Notes under the pieces: generated by a model
Told to the model about the DNA's origin: nothing
The model's input: the letters and a program-made list of their open reading frames with translations, nothing else
Database searches by the model: none
Program-made: the position numbers and the translations under genes
In this document: one piece after another, positions 1 through 13,181 of the stretch
How the letters are laid out: every line of letters begins with the position of its first letter
How positions within the stretch are numbered: position 1 is the first letter of the stretch
Assembly: GCF_001194135.2 (NCBI RefSeq)
Contig: NC_068998.1
Coordinates: forward strand, 48,321,333-48,385,332
DNA length: 64,000 nucleotides
Reading direction: 5' to 3'
Source: Octopus bimaculoides
Lineage: Eukaryota

Positions 1-159
1 ATGTTAAATTCTTCCCACAAGAATTTAACATTGGTTCCGGGCCGCACACAAAGAAAATACTTCAAAATTTTATTTCTATTTTATCGACTATCACATTCGT
101 CAGCAAGATGTTTTTTTACGCTATATATGTAATATATGCATTGTATATGTAATAATTAT

Positions 160-298
160 TTCTTCTAAAACCACAAGGCCTGAAATTTAGTGTGGGGAGA
201 CTCGTCGATTAGATCGATTTCAATGTTTCTCTGGTACTTAATTCATCGACCCCGAAAAGATGAAAGGCAAAGTCGACCACAGCGGAATTTGAACTCAG
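160..298 (-). mobile_element. tRNA-derived SINE family A (Meta/MESC-like core), 3' two-thirds
   Basis: Contains cacaaggcctgaaattt...atcgaccccgaaaagatgaaaggcaaagtcgacc...ggaatttgaactcag, which matches in-window copies at 36822, 37205 and 46413. Confidence 0.85.
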
Positions 299-1248
299 TT
301 TTTCGCTCATTTTGGTACTTTCATGGCAATATGCTTCTGCAGTCATGAGTTTTTTTTCCAGGTTTTAAAAAGTTATAGCGGATGAGTCCAGCAGTACACC
401 ACCGAACAGTCATCATAACCTTTGTTTTGAAGAGCTCGGGTTTAAGGAAGGTTTTCACTGCTTCATTTTGGCCCAACCACTGTGAAGAACGTTTTTTCAT
501 TATTGTACAGAATCAACCTCTCATCGCAAGTTACAATACGGTTGAGAAATGGATCGGTCTGGTTACGGAGAAGAAGCGACACAGACGTGTGTGTGTGTGT
601 GTTTTTTATTCTTGATCTAGCATGACTGCAGCCGCATGGCTGCGGTCATGCTGGAACACCACCATGATTTTGCACTCTTAGGTATGATACTTCTTTGCCT
701 GATTTCTTCAGAGTGGTGGGGTTTCGTACCACCACTCCTATATATGCTTTTACCCTGGCTGTTGGTCCATGCGACATATGAGGAAGTTTGATACCGCTGC
801 TCTCATCTGTACCTCATGTCGGGTCGTAAGTTTATCTGGTATTGTGGAGACGAGAATATCTGNNNNNNNNNNNNNNNNNNNNNNNNNNNNNNNNNNNNNN
901 NNNNNNNNNNNNNNNNNNNNNNNNNNNNNNNNNNNNNNNNNNNNNNNNNNNNNNNNNNNNNNNNNNNNNNNNNNNNNNNNNNNNNNNNNNNNNNNNNNNN
1001 NNNNNNNNNNNNNNNNNNNNNNNNNNNNNNNNNNNNNNNNNNNNNNNNNNNNNNNNNNNNNNNNNNNNNNNNNNNNNNNNNNNNNNNNNNNNNNNNNNNN
1101 NNNNNNNNNNNNNNNNNNNNNNNNNNNNNNNNNNNNNNNNNNNNNNNNNNNNNNNNNNNNNNNNNNNNNNNNNNNNNNNNNNNNNNNNNNNNNNNNNNNN
1201 NNNNNNNNNNNNNNNNNNNNNNNNNNNNNNNNNNNNNNNNNNNNNNNN

Positions 1249-1279
<31 letters not shown>

Positions 1280-1490
1280 TACACGCATGATTGTATGAAT
1301 GTCTGTTTGTTGTGCGTACGCTTTCATGCATGCATATATAACTACAAAAAATTGAGATTGAAATGATGACAACGATAAGTTAACATTTTTCTTTCCCCTT
1401 TCAAACTGAAATAAATAGAACCATTTATATTTTACTTCTTCAATTTAAACACACCTAAGCATTTCTATTGAATGCATTAGTGATGAATTT

Positions 1491-1506
1491 CTCGCCCTCT
1501 AGCGTT
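1491..1506 (-). promoter_or_regulatory. CTCF-like motif
   Basis: ctcgccctctagcgtt; the reverse complement aacgctagagggcgag fits the CCASYAGRKGGCRS-type consensus. Motif match only. Confidence 0.3.
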
Positions 1507-1967
1507 GATAAATTGTCTAGTTATGCACGTCTGAATATAGATTATATTAACATAAATCTCTTAATAGAAAATCTGTTAAACTTTAACGAAAGAGTACTAG
1601 ATACACCAGCTGAGTTGTATTTTTTTAATTTTTTATGTGTTAAGGAGTGGTTTACACGCATAAAATCTATTTGTACATTGTTAGTAAGATATATAACTCG
1701 CTAGAAGAGGCGTTTGAAATGTTTTATTAAATAGTGAAACGATCATCTGCTCAAAATTCAAACTGCGTAACAGCACGAACAATAAAATGCCTCCTCTATA
1801 GCTAACGTGCACACACACACACACACATATATATACTTACACATACATACATATATAATTCAGAAATCCCTCTACCATTTAAATGATATATAAAAATGTT
1901 ATTCATTTTGTGGCAAATTTGTTCTATATATTTTAATGCTATATTCTGTTTTATTATGAACACTTTC

Positions 1968-2002
<35 letters not shown>

Positions 2003-2012
2003 TATATCAGTT

Positions 2013-2050
<38 letters not shown>

Positions 2051-2052
2051 TA

Positions 2053-2093
<41 letters not shown>

Positions 2094-2124
2094 NNNNNNN
2101 NNNATATATATATATACATAATGA

Positions 2125-2212
2125 AAATAAGACACGGTAGAAAATGCTAAAATAATTTTACTATGAAGAACATTTTACTACCGGTTTCAGTCATTGCGAC
2201 TTTTTCAACTTA
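2125..2212 (-). ncRNA. Type I hammerhead-ribozyme-like motif, U3-A8 core variant (probable Penelope-like terminal repeat remnant)
   Basis: Minus strand reads TTGAAAA-AGTC gcaat GACT-GAAA-CCGGTAGtAAAATG...CATTTTCTACCG-t-GTC. Stem II is perfect, stem III is long, and a GTC triplet is present. Stem I is weak. Confidence 0.5.
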
Positions 2213-3084
2213 GAGTAAAGTTTGGAACACAATTGAATTATGGAAAAATTAAATGAGATGTTTTTAAAAACCAATTCAGACTCAACAAATAACCTTTTCC
2301 TCTACTGATACCCACACCACATTGTCATATCCTTTCTGCATTGGGAAAGTTTTAATAAAAGGAAAATGGACAATAGTTAAAGTTTGAGAAGCACTAATGT
2401 AATGCTTCTTTCATATGCTTTGAACAATTCTGCCACCGACCACATAAATCTTAACTGCAGTATCTTCATCTGTATACTACTCATGAGCATGTTGCAATAA
2501 AGAGGTAGTGTTTCCTTTAGCCACCTTTCGCATAGACTACATTTGTCGTACCTACCTGTTCTTAAAATAACACGCTGTTAACCTAAAATAACTTCAGTTT
2601 AGCATTTTGCAGACGAAGGTATTACTAAAGCATTTACCTTTAAATGGCCATTAGTTGAGGTTAAGTACAATAGGTTGATTTCATGGCAGAAAATTATACG
2701 AAAATCGAGACGTGGGTGTAAACACTAGCGAATAATTCAGTCTAACTGGAAACATTAAAATTCTGCTCAATTGTTATAAACTGTATACAAGTTACAATAA
2801 ATACTTGATAACCTCAATTGATAGCTTAATATTTCCTACATCATTATATTCATATTTCTTGATATATTTGAAACATGAGAAGCTCTACATAAATGTATAG
2901 ATACATACATACACACACACGGATATATAAATATATATGCATGAATACATGCGTGTATTAGCTGTGTAGATAGGTAGATAGATAGATAAAAAAAATAGAC
3001 AGAGAAGGGGCGACAGAGACAAACTTGGAGATAAATGCTATTTTCAATATGATACAGCCTCTCACACTGATAAACTAGACAGCC

Positions 3085-3124
<40 letters not shown>

Positions 3125-3176
3125 TCACGCACGCTTATATAAGAGTGCGCATATATATANNNNNNNNNNNATATGC

Positions 3177-3234
<58 letters not shown>

Positions 3235-3454
3235 TTGTCTACGTACATACTCACGCGTATACACAGATTCTTATCAAGATACGCACTCATATTCATGCAT
3301 GTAGTGTACACACGTACATAAACACCTATTCCCACCCACATATGCATACAGTGCCTGAGTTTGTATATAGCAATTTGAGTGTATGGGTAACCGTGTGCTT
3401 ACGTGTATATGTATTGTATATATGACACAATGTTTATGTATCACTGAATACGAT

Positions 3455-3498
<44 letters not shown>

Positions 3499-4507
3499 GA
3501 GGGAGTGGGAGGTAATCTCCTTAATGACATTGCAGACAAAGATATTAGATAAAAGTATGTTTTTCTATCCATATATCCTGTTAGACGAAATAATGAACAT
3601 TATATTATGATATCTTCATAAATGTTTTTCAAAAGAAGTCGAGGGCGGGAGCAAATAGGCGGGATTAAGATGTGAATGGATGTGTGCGTGCGTTCGTGCG
3701 TGCGTGTATGTGTGTGTGTGTGTGTGTGTGTGCGTGTGTGTGTGTAAAGATAGGAACTGATTGTAGGCAAAAATGGCGACTGATATTTTGATTAGATGGC
3801 GACAGACAAGCAAATGTCGCTAGCGTTTAGAAAGATTGTGACGTTGAAGATGTCACAGTAGCTTGATAAATCACTTTTTACGTTTTCGTTTAGTTCTATC
3901 AGTGGTGATTACATTTACGCATCATGTGTGTAGAACACACACAGACACACACACATGCATACACACACACACACACACACACACACGCATTCACACATGN
4001 NNNNNNNNNNNNNNNNNNNNNNNNNNNNNNNNNNNNNNNNNNNNNNNNNNNNNNNNNNNNNNNNNNNNNNNNNNNNNNNNNNNNNNNNNNNNNNNNNNNN
4101 NNNNNNNNNNNNNNNNNNNNNNNNNNNNNNNNNNNNNNNNNNNNNNNNNNNNNNNNNNNNNNNNNNNNNNNNNNNNNNNNNNNNNNNNNNNNNNNNNNNN
4201 NNNNNNNNNNNNNNNNNNNNNNNNNNNNNNNNNNNNNNNNNNNNNNNNNNNNNNNNNNNNNNNNNNNNNNNNNNNNNNNNNNNNNNNNNNNNNNNNNNNN
4301 NNNNNNNNNNNNNNNNNNNNNNNNNNNNNNNNNNNNNNNNNNNNNNNNNNNNNNNNNNNNNNNNNNNNNNNNNNNNNNNNNNNNNNNNNNNNNNNNNNNN
4401 NNNNNNNNNNNNNNNNNNNNNNNNNNNNNNNNNNNNNNNNNNNNNNNNNNNNNNNNNNNNNNNNNNNNNNNNNNNNNNNNNNNNNNNNNNNNNNNNNNNN
4501 NNNNNNN

Positions 4508-4556
<49 letters not shown>

Positions 4557-4987
4557 TTGTGTGTGTTTGTATGCTTACGTATGTATATATACATATATAT
4601 ATGCGTGTGTGTTTGTATGACTATGTACGTATAAATATATATAAATATGTGTATATAAGTATGTATATGCATTTATATATATTCATGTGTGTATATATGC
4701 ACACATACATATATGAATACGTGTTTGTGTGTGTATGTCCATCCCTCTTACATTTTCCTCTCTCTTTATGTCCAACTCACCCTTTTTCTGTACGTATATG
4801 TATGTGTATACATACATACATACATACATACATACATACATACATTTAAGTGTTACCCATCATATGACGGGTATCTTCTGAGGTATACTTTTGCCATCAT
4901 GAAATATTCTCTGCATACAAAGTTTATAATTTAACTTCTAATAAATTTTCTAGGTGCTTCAACAAAATGATGAAATGAATTCATAAT

Positions 4988-5290
4988 GGTACTCCAGTGA
5001 TCCTTCGGAAGGACTCCATTTCGGTCGCTTGTATAAGAGATTATACTCTTTTGGTCATTACCAAACGCTTATGACCATAAGGGACGATAAGCGCGAAAAC
5101 AGAATTGAAGATAGCAAGTTTGGTTTTTGTACCAATCTCTATACTGCGGGGGTCCGAATGCTGCAGCTGGGACATTACTGTACCAGCTCCTGCAATTCTT
5201 AGCGTCCAATTGAGACTGCTGTTTCCTATAACTCGTGAATATGGTTCTAAAGTATTTAAGCTTTTCCACTCGTTTATCTCTATTCACGTT
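4988..5290 (-). mobile_element. RTE-clade LINE fragment (RT C-terminal part), frameshifted
   Basis: Translates to VEKLKYFRTIFTS, then after a frameshift GTVMSQLQH...KTKLAIFNSVF...YGHKRLVMTKRV*SLIQATEMESFRRITG, typical of RTE/Expander-type RT. Confidence 0.8.
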
Positions 5291-5356
5291 AAATTCTTGC
5301 TGATTAAGGTATTTAAGTGTAATGGTGGAAATATACTCGGAGGAAGTACGTCATAT

Positions 5357-5534
5357 GTGTGTGTTAGTGTGTGTGCGTGTGTGGGGGGAGGGGGTTATAT
5401 GCGTGTGCGTGTGTGCGTGCGGGTGTGTGCGTGTATGTGTGTGTATGTGCGAGTGTGTGTGGTAGTGTGCGTATGTGAGTGCATGTGTGTGAGTGCATGT
5501 GTGTGTGAGTGCATGTGTGTGCGAGTGCATGTGT

Positions 5535-5632
<98 letters not shown>

Positions 5633-5650
5633 ATGCGTGTGTGCATGCGA
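5357..5650. repeat. (TG)n microsatellite with gtgagtgcatgt variant units
   Basis: Directly visible; the same variant unit recurs at 17570-17790. Confidence 0.95.
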
Positions 5651-6084
5651 CAGTACACAGTGTAGAGGCAACGTAGTGTAGTTGATGTTCTTTCCCTTCG
5701 GATCAGCGATCGACTGAGAGTTTCGTCGAATGTTGTAAGGCTGCATCTCTTCCCTTTTCAGTTGAAGTGTGGATCTCAGCGGCGATATCGGAGTAAATGA
5801 GAGTCTGGGCGCATGGATTTTCGTTCGTCTATGATGGAAGAGAGAAGTGGTGGAGTAAGAAGTAGGGGCGGGGCTGGGGAATATTGTCGTGGATGGAAGT
5901 GGACAGATGGAGGTGGCTGATATCGAGACAGCTGACCACGAGATGTCAGATACAATAGACATCAACTGTCCAGCAATGTGACACGTGTTCGTGTAAGACA
6001 TAAAGCTATCAGATTGTTATCAAGGAAGTGTGGTGGCGATAATTCAGTCCTCAATGTAATTACAGTATATCTCTGACTTCTATT

Positions 6085-6195
6085 CAACAATATATGCTTG
6101 GTGCTACTTCGTAGGTCTTTATTTTCTGAATTCAAATTCAGAATGAGGTCGATTTTGTCTTTCATTCTTCCGGCGTCGATGTAACTGACTTATCC
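6085..6195 (+). mobile_element. Degenerate SINE family A fragment
   Basis: ttctgaattcaaattc...gaggtcgattttgtctttcattcttccggcgtcgat resembles the family A B-box and core. Confidence 0.55.
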
Positions 6196-6210
6196 ACTTT
6201 TCTATATGCT

Positions 6211-6511
6211 GAGACCCCTTTCGGTCAAGACTGACCATGAGATTGCACCTAGAAAGTTACCCTCCCTGGCACAAGTCCGGGCAAGGTTGTTTTATGGAAG
6301 ACCAGCAGTCGCCCATGCATACCAGCCTCCTCTCTCCACGCCACCAGTGGTATCCAAGGGAAAGGCAAAGGGGCCGATACAGCTTGGCACCTGGAGCAAC
6401 GTGAAATAAAGTGTCTTGCTCAAGAACACAACACGCAGTCCGGTCCGGGATTCGAACTCACAACCTCATGATCGTAATCTCGACGCTCTAACCACTGAGC
6501 CATGCGCCTTC
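6211..6511 (-). mobile_element. tRNA-derived SINE family C, near full length
   Basis: Minus strand has A-box tggctcagtgg and B-box gagttcgaatccc, then ttgagcaagacactttatttcacgttgctccag and a distinct 3' body ending gaccgaaaggggtctc. Confidence 0.85.
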
Positions 6512-6877
6512 AACCTTTTCTATAACAAACTACCTAAAGACAACCTTCCACAACCGGAAGCAAATTTCTACAATAGGGCACAATCTCATGTATTATATCT
6601 TACACCTTCCGGTACCATGGTCTCTCAGCCTTTAAATGATTCCTTCACTTCCGTCCCCTTTCATCATCACTTCCATCCCCAGCATCATCACTCTCCTCCA
6701 CATTGCTGAACTCTTCCTCACCCACAATTGCTCTCCGTCTTTTTTATTTTTATTTTTTATTTTTGGGGAGTTTATTGGTACATCACTATGGTCGGTATAA
6801 ACGTTTAAATGGGCCTACATGAAGCCAACACCTTTTAGGCTATACTGAGGTCTAGATCTTTGCCAAATTTACTGAAC

Positions 6878-7110
6878 GTTCGTCCGTCAGAGCGACGAGG
6901 ACCATCCAGTCATCCTGAGATTTGCGGAGCTGGATTCGAGTTGGGCATTGTGGCGTTTGTGTGCGTTGGTGACTTATCATACCGTGTCTGGAAGGTTCCC
7001 TGGCAGTGTGGACAAGGAGTGATGCTCGTACTTGGGGATTTGATGGCGCTGGATTTCCTGGGCTTGCCTGGGTTGCTCAACTGCAGCAACCCTGGTGTTT
7101 GACCTAGCGG
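6878..7110 (-). mobile_element. RTE-clade LINE 3' end with C2H2-like knuckle
   Basis: KPRKSSAIKSPSTSITPCPHCQGTFQTR, then after a frameshift GMISHQRTQ, then the terminal motif gatgactggatggtcctcgtcgctctgacggacgaac. Confidence 0.7.
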
Positions 7111-7275
7111 GCAACTGATCACCTCTAGCCTCTGCCCTAAATTATCTGCTCCAGTGTGAATTCGCTAATACTAAGTTCACTAAAAATCAAAAAAAATATG
7201 AGCATCAATTTTCTTTTTTATTTGTAATTATTATTCATTCCTCATTTGTTATAAGACAAACTAAATTAGACGTAA

Positions 7276-7462
7276 GAGGAGGAACATGGCTTACTGATTA
7301 TGATATTGTGGTTTCGATTCCGGGACCAGGCGACCAGAAGTGTTCTTTAGCAAAACACTTCATTTTACGTTGCGTAATAAGTAATCCTGTGACGGACCGG
7401 CGTATCGTCCAGGGAGGAATATATCCGCCAGTGACACCGGGAAACCGGTGCTATGTTCCTTA
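7276..7462 (+). mobile_element. Old tRNA-SINE with V-domain-like segment
   Basis: B-box gtttcgattcc; ttagcaaaacacttcattttacgttgc resembles family C; cctgtgacggaccggcgtatcgtccaggg resembles the V-SINE central motif. Confidence 0.5.
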
Positions 7463-7891
7463 TAGGGCAATCTGAATTGACTAAGAACCCTAAGCCTCAC
7501 CGCCACCATAGTAGCGGAGTCGCTATTACGAATAACTAAACAGACGCTACGTCACTCAGCAGTCGACAACCACCATTGAGTGGGTTCCCTCTGTGCCGGG
7601 ACATACTTCTCTGTGCCAGTTCATCTCTTGGTTGTTGACTAGAATGCTATATATATATATATTAATATATGTGCATTCACACACTGACATATGTGTGTAT
7701 GTATGTATGTATGTATGTACGTGTGTGTGTATGTATGTATGTATGTATGTATGTATACACACGTGTGTGTGCATGGGATGCGTGTATACATATATACGCA
7801 TACATACACAGATATATACACAACCAAATATGAATATATATATTCATGTATATATAATTTATATATATAGATAGATACACACATATATGTT

Positions 7892-7922
<31 letters not shown>

Positions 7923-8005
7923 TCATGAATATAAATAAATTGTACATATTTATATTCATATACAACCGATATACAAGAATATACGTACCTGTCATATATA
8001 TAATA

Positions 8006-8087
<82 letters not shown>

Positions 8088-8871
8088 TTTGTGTGTATGT
8101 ATGTAGGTACGCATGTGTATATGCGCATATATATGTATATACACTGATACACACATACATGCGTGTGACGGTGTGTGCATATTTATGTGTATATATGTAT
8201 ATATGAATATAGATGAATATATATGTATGTGTATAAAGAATATTATAATAGTGCCGGCCATAATCCGTTCGTCTCTCTCCTCTTTCTCTCTCTCTGTGTC
8301 TTTCTCTCTCTCTCTGACTGTCTCTCTCTTTCTGTCTTTCTCTCTCCCTCCTTCCATTTCTCGCTCTCACACACACACACACACATACAAACACTCACAC
8401 ACACACATATACTCCCTAAAAAAAAAAAATCCCTTTTTGCGTCTTAACGTTCGGCTGCCGATTAATACGTGCCTAATGGCTGCTTATATTACGTTTGGTT
8501 CTGGCAGATCAAAGAACCAGCCAGCAGAACCAATATGTAAAATATTCAATAAGCTATATAGTAATTTGCTGTACTATTTCTATAGACTGAGGAGAGCAGT
8601 GGCGACGTGGGGGGGAGGGGGGGAAGCATTACTATTCCTCCCCCTCCCCTCATATTCATAACTCAACATCTAATCAATTGGTTGTCGCAGAGTTGGGCGA
8701 AAATTTTACACATTTTTATTTTTTTATTTTTTATTATTCATATTGTAGTTGTTCTTGGAATCGTTGTCACTGTTTTTGTTGTTGTTGGTGGTGGTAGTGG
8801 TGATGTTGTTACTGTTGTTCGTGCTGCCGCCGCTGCTGCTGTTTTTCTTCTTCTTCTTCTTCTTGCTATAT

Positions 8872-9222
8872 GGTTGTTGTTGTTGTTGCTGGTGTTGTTG
8901 CTCTTGTTGTTGTTGTTGTTGCTGGTGTTGTTGCTCTTGTTGTTGTTGTTGTTGCTGGTGTTGTTGCTCTTGTTGTTGTTGTTGTTGTTNNNNNNNNNNC
9001 TCTTGTTGTTGTTGTTGTTGCTGGTGTTGTTGCTCTTGTTGTTGTTGTTGTTGTGATGCTGTTGCTCTTGTTGTTGTTGTTGTTGCTGGTGTTGTTGCTC
9101 TTGTTGTTGTTGTTGTTGCTGGGGTTGTTGCTCTTGTTGTTGTTGTTGTTGCTGGTGTTGTTGCTCTTGTTGTTGTTGTTGTTGCTGGTGTTGTTGCTCT
9201 TGTTGTTGTTGTTGTTGTTGTG
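8872..9222. repeat. 33-36 bp higher-order minisatellite built from (TTG)n
   Basis: Unit ttgttgttgttgttgttgctggtgttgttgctc repeated about ten times, interrupted by a 10-N gap. Confidence 0.9.
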
Positions 9223-9857
9223 ATGCTGTTAGAATCGTTATTGTGGTTGTATGAGTGTGATTGTTGTTTCCGTAGTAGTTGTGATAGTTTATGTCGTAGT
9301 ACAGATTATGTCAGATTGTGCTGTTGTTGTTGTTGTTGTTGTTGTTGTAACCGTAGTGGTGGTGATTGGGGCGGTGTTAGTTTGGGGATTATCATTGTGG
9401 CAGTGACTATGGTGGTGGTGGTGGTGGTGGTGGTGGTAAAGGTGGTAGTAGTGATTGTCATTGTGGTGGTGGTGGTGGCGGTGGTGACTGGAGCGGTGTT
9501 AGTTTGGTGATTATCATTGTGGTAGTGGCTGTGGTGGTGGTGGTGGTGGTGGTACTGGTGGTTGTAGTGATTGTGGCGATGATGGTGGTGATGATGGTGA
9601 TGGTGTTATTGGTTTTGGTGATGGTAGTGGTGTAGCTGTGGTGTTGGAGGCCGTAGGGTGTTATGTGGTGTTCAGTTCGTTGTTCTTCTTCTTCTTCTTG
9701 ATGCTGCTGTTCCGTTTACGGTTTTTTTTCTGTTTTTTTTTCTTCTCGCATTTCAGTTAACTTACCCCTTTTTTTACATTTTCTGATATTATTGTCGTTG
9801 CGGTAGTGACCATAATTTTGTTATCTTTATAATGATAGTAGCAGTAGCAGCAGCAGC

Positions 9858-9893
<36 letters not shown>

Positions 9894-10818
9894 GGTGGTG
9901 GTGGTGGGAGTTGTAGTAGTAGTACCTTTCTTGCTACTGTTAAGAGAGACGTGGTGACATAGAGTGCGGATAAAGATAAGATGTAAAGTGTGAGTGTGTG
10001 TGTGTGTGTGTACTCGGAGAGAGGTGTGAAACAGGGCGACGTAAGGAGACATAGGCAAGTATTAAGAGAGAGAAAGGCAAAAACAGTAAGCAAAGGTGAG
10101 GAGATAGAGAGATAGATAGATAGATAGATAGATAGATNNNNNNNNNNATATATATATATATACATGTATGTATGTATATACATGTATGTTTGAATGCATA
10201 TATGTATATATATATATGTATATATGTATGTACATATATGAATATATACATATATATGTATGTGTATATATATATGTATGTATATATGTATGTACATATA
10301 TGAATATACATATATATATATATATATATATGTATGTGTATGTATGTGTATATATATATGTATTTTATATATATATTTATGTATATATAGATGTGTGTGT
10401 ATATATTACAGCAGTACTCATTTTTTACTTGTATTTTGTCAATCTTATTCCTCTTTTATTTATTTTTTTTTTTCATATTCACAATTTTTTATCTTCTTCT
10501 TATGATATTCTCAACGATGAAACCATTTTAAAAATATTAGCACAAACATTATCGACGTTTAAATTTACAAATTACCGTTTATTGTGAAACACGCCTCTTC
10601 GATCGCTTGGTCATTCTCTTATTGCTAATAATTCGCCATTTAAAATTGTAGAGATTGTGAATTTCGATAGCATTTCCGATTATTTTGGCACTTCATTTAG
10701 CGAAAAAAAATACTACATCTCTATATTATGTTTAGAAATCAAAATATTGGCGTAAATGCCTGATCAGAGATAAGTTGTAGTGATGTAAACATAACAAGCA
10801 TCTATTCCGTTCATATCC

Positions 10819-10849
<31 letters not shown>

Positions 10850-11889
10850 AGTGTGTGTGTGTGTGTGTGTGCGTGTGTGCGTGTGCGGGTGTGTGTGTTT
10901 ATAAATACATATGCATTTATATACATCTATATATATACATATGTATATAGGTTTATACACACATACGCATATATANNNNNNNNNNNNNNNNNNNNNNNNN
11001 NNNNNNNNNNNNNNNNNNNNNNNNNNNNNNNNNNNNNNNNNNNNNNNNNNNNNNNNNNNNNNNNNNNNNNNNNNNNNNNNNNNNNNNNNNNNNNNNNNNN
11101 NNNNNNNNNNNNNNNNNNNNNNNNNNNNNNNNNNNNNNNNNNNNNNNNNNNNNNNNNNNNNNNNNNNNNNNNNNNNNNNNNNNNNNNNNNNNNNNNNNNN
11201 NNNNNNNNNNNNNNNNNNNNNNNNNNNNNNNNNNNNNNNNNNNNNNNNNNNNNNNNNNNNNNNNNTATATACATACATATGTGTAAATATGTATACATGC
11301 ATGTGTATACCTGTACATATATACACATATACATATGTATATATCTATATATATGTGTGTGTGTGTTGTGTTCAAGCGCACGCCCACACGCACACTCACA
11401 TAAAGATTTTTTTAAAGAGATAATACGAGAGTATTCTTCATTGTTGTGTTTTGTCAAGAAACGAAACTAAATGGAAGATAAAATTTATTATACGACGAAC
11501 TAATATGGCGAATCTAACAATCGTAATTTGAGCAAAATGCAACCTCCGTTTTGGGTTATTGGGCTTTACATTCCCTGTAGTTTAAAATTATTTTACGCAT
11601 TACACGTACGCCTGTATGCTTGTCCGCAGTGGCTGACTGGCCAGATTGCCAGCTTGTCCGATGGCAAGTTGGCCCCTGCGATATTAGAATCTATATATGG
11701 GGGCCCATGTTAGTATGTAAGGTCCCCATCCCTTCAAGTTTCAGGATTCTTTATTTACTCCTGAAAGAATGCATTAATTATTTCAGCCTGGCTGTGTTTG
11801 TAGACAGATTGGGTGATCCCTCTTGTAGTTGCGTGTGGGCCCTATTAGTCTCCTGGCAACCAATATTTTAAAACCTAGTCCACCACTGC

Positions 11890-12400
11890 TTGTACGGTTA
11901 CAAAATTCGGTTTGAAACCACGTGATATCGAGTTCAGTTTCACAGTGCATCTTGAAGATGTCTTCTACTATATCCAGAGCAGACCATTACCTTGTAAGTT
12001 TGGTAGACGAAAACTGCAGGAACCGGATCTGTTCCTTATATAGTGTGGTTCTCCATCTACGTGTCAAGTTGTCTGTCCTATATAGTTATGTCCACAACCT
12101 GAGCAAGTTATAACATAAATTAGATTCTCGGAAACACAAGTGAAGTTGATTTTAATTGTGAACCTCTTTCCTTGTTCGAATAAGAATTCCGAGCCTTCTA
12201 GTAGGCTGGAATATGTTCCACAGTTTGGTTTTATGGTTGTTGTGTAAAGCTTCGCATTCGTTAGAAGTCTTTTTTGCGATTCTACTTTACAAAGGAGGGC
12301 TCAATACCTTGAATAGAGTCAGTTTATTGTCAAAAGTTATTCAGAGGTTCGTAAGTATAAGTATAGTACAATAGCTTTCATGCCTTTCCCTTTTGTCATT
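11890..12400 (-). mobile_element. Penelope-like element, GIY-YIG endonuclease region (Cys-rich, Neptune-like), decayed
   Basis: Translates KRLLTNAK...FTIKINFTCVSENLIYVITCSGCGHNYIGQTT, then after a frameshift LTRRWRTTLYKEQIR; a FKPN-like end lies further downstream. Confidence 0.8.
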
Positions 12401-12479
12401 GAAGGTATAAATGAATTATCATGAGGAATTGAACCTTGTTACTTAGTTTGATCATCTTTTGTAACGTGACTCAAAGTAC

Positions 12480-12915
12480 TTTCTTTCTCACTTTCTCTCT
12501 TTTCTCCGTCTTTCTGTTTATCTCTCCCAAGCTTTCTCACTCTATTTTTCTCACTCTCTATGTCTGTGTATTTTCTCTGTGTGTCTGTCAGTCACTTTCT
12601 CTCTCTCTCTTTCTCTTTATCTGTCTGTCTATATGTCTCTCTCTTTTTCTCCGTCTGCCTATCTACTTCTCTCTCTCATTCTCGCTCTCATTGTCTTTCT
12701 CTTCTCGCTCCCATTCTCTCTTTCTCTCTATCTATCTGTCTCTCTCTTTTTCTCTCTCTGTCTATCTATTTCTCTCTCATTCTCGTTCTCTTTCCCCTCT
12801 CTCTCCAACTCTCTCTTTCTCTGTGTGTTCCTTTCACTATTTTCATCTCTCCTTCTCTCTCTCGTTCCCCTCTCTCTTCCACCGTCTCATCTCCATTCTC
12901 CCCCTCTCTCTCTCT
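12480..12915. repeat. CT-rich polypyrimidine low-complexity tract
   Basis: Directly visible. Confidence 0.9.
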
Positions 12916-13083
12916 ACATACGTGTCTGAGTGTATATGTATTGTGTACGCGCGCGAGCATGTACATACAATCACACATCTCACTAGACCCATTGCTACTT
13001 TCAGGCTCATTATTAATTACACCATTAACATCATCATCATCATCATCATCATCATTCTCATTAGCCACATTGTCAGCAGTGGT

Positions 13084-13181
<98 letters not shown>

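Noticed and set aside
640-862. Possible TE or exon fragment next to the first gap
   Set aside because: No frame gave a motif I recognise (e.g. TARVKAYIGVVGTKPTTLK is not assignable).
5690-6060. Coding potential of ORF 5351-6001
   Set aside because: The N-terminal part is S/T/P-rich with no recognisable domain, and the rest is (CA)n.
8872-9222. CRISPR array
   Set aside because: Eukaryotic context; the units are contiguous with no unique spacers.
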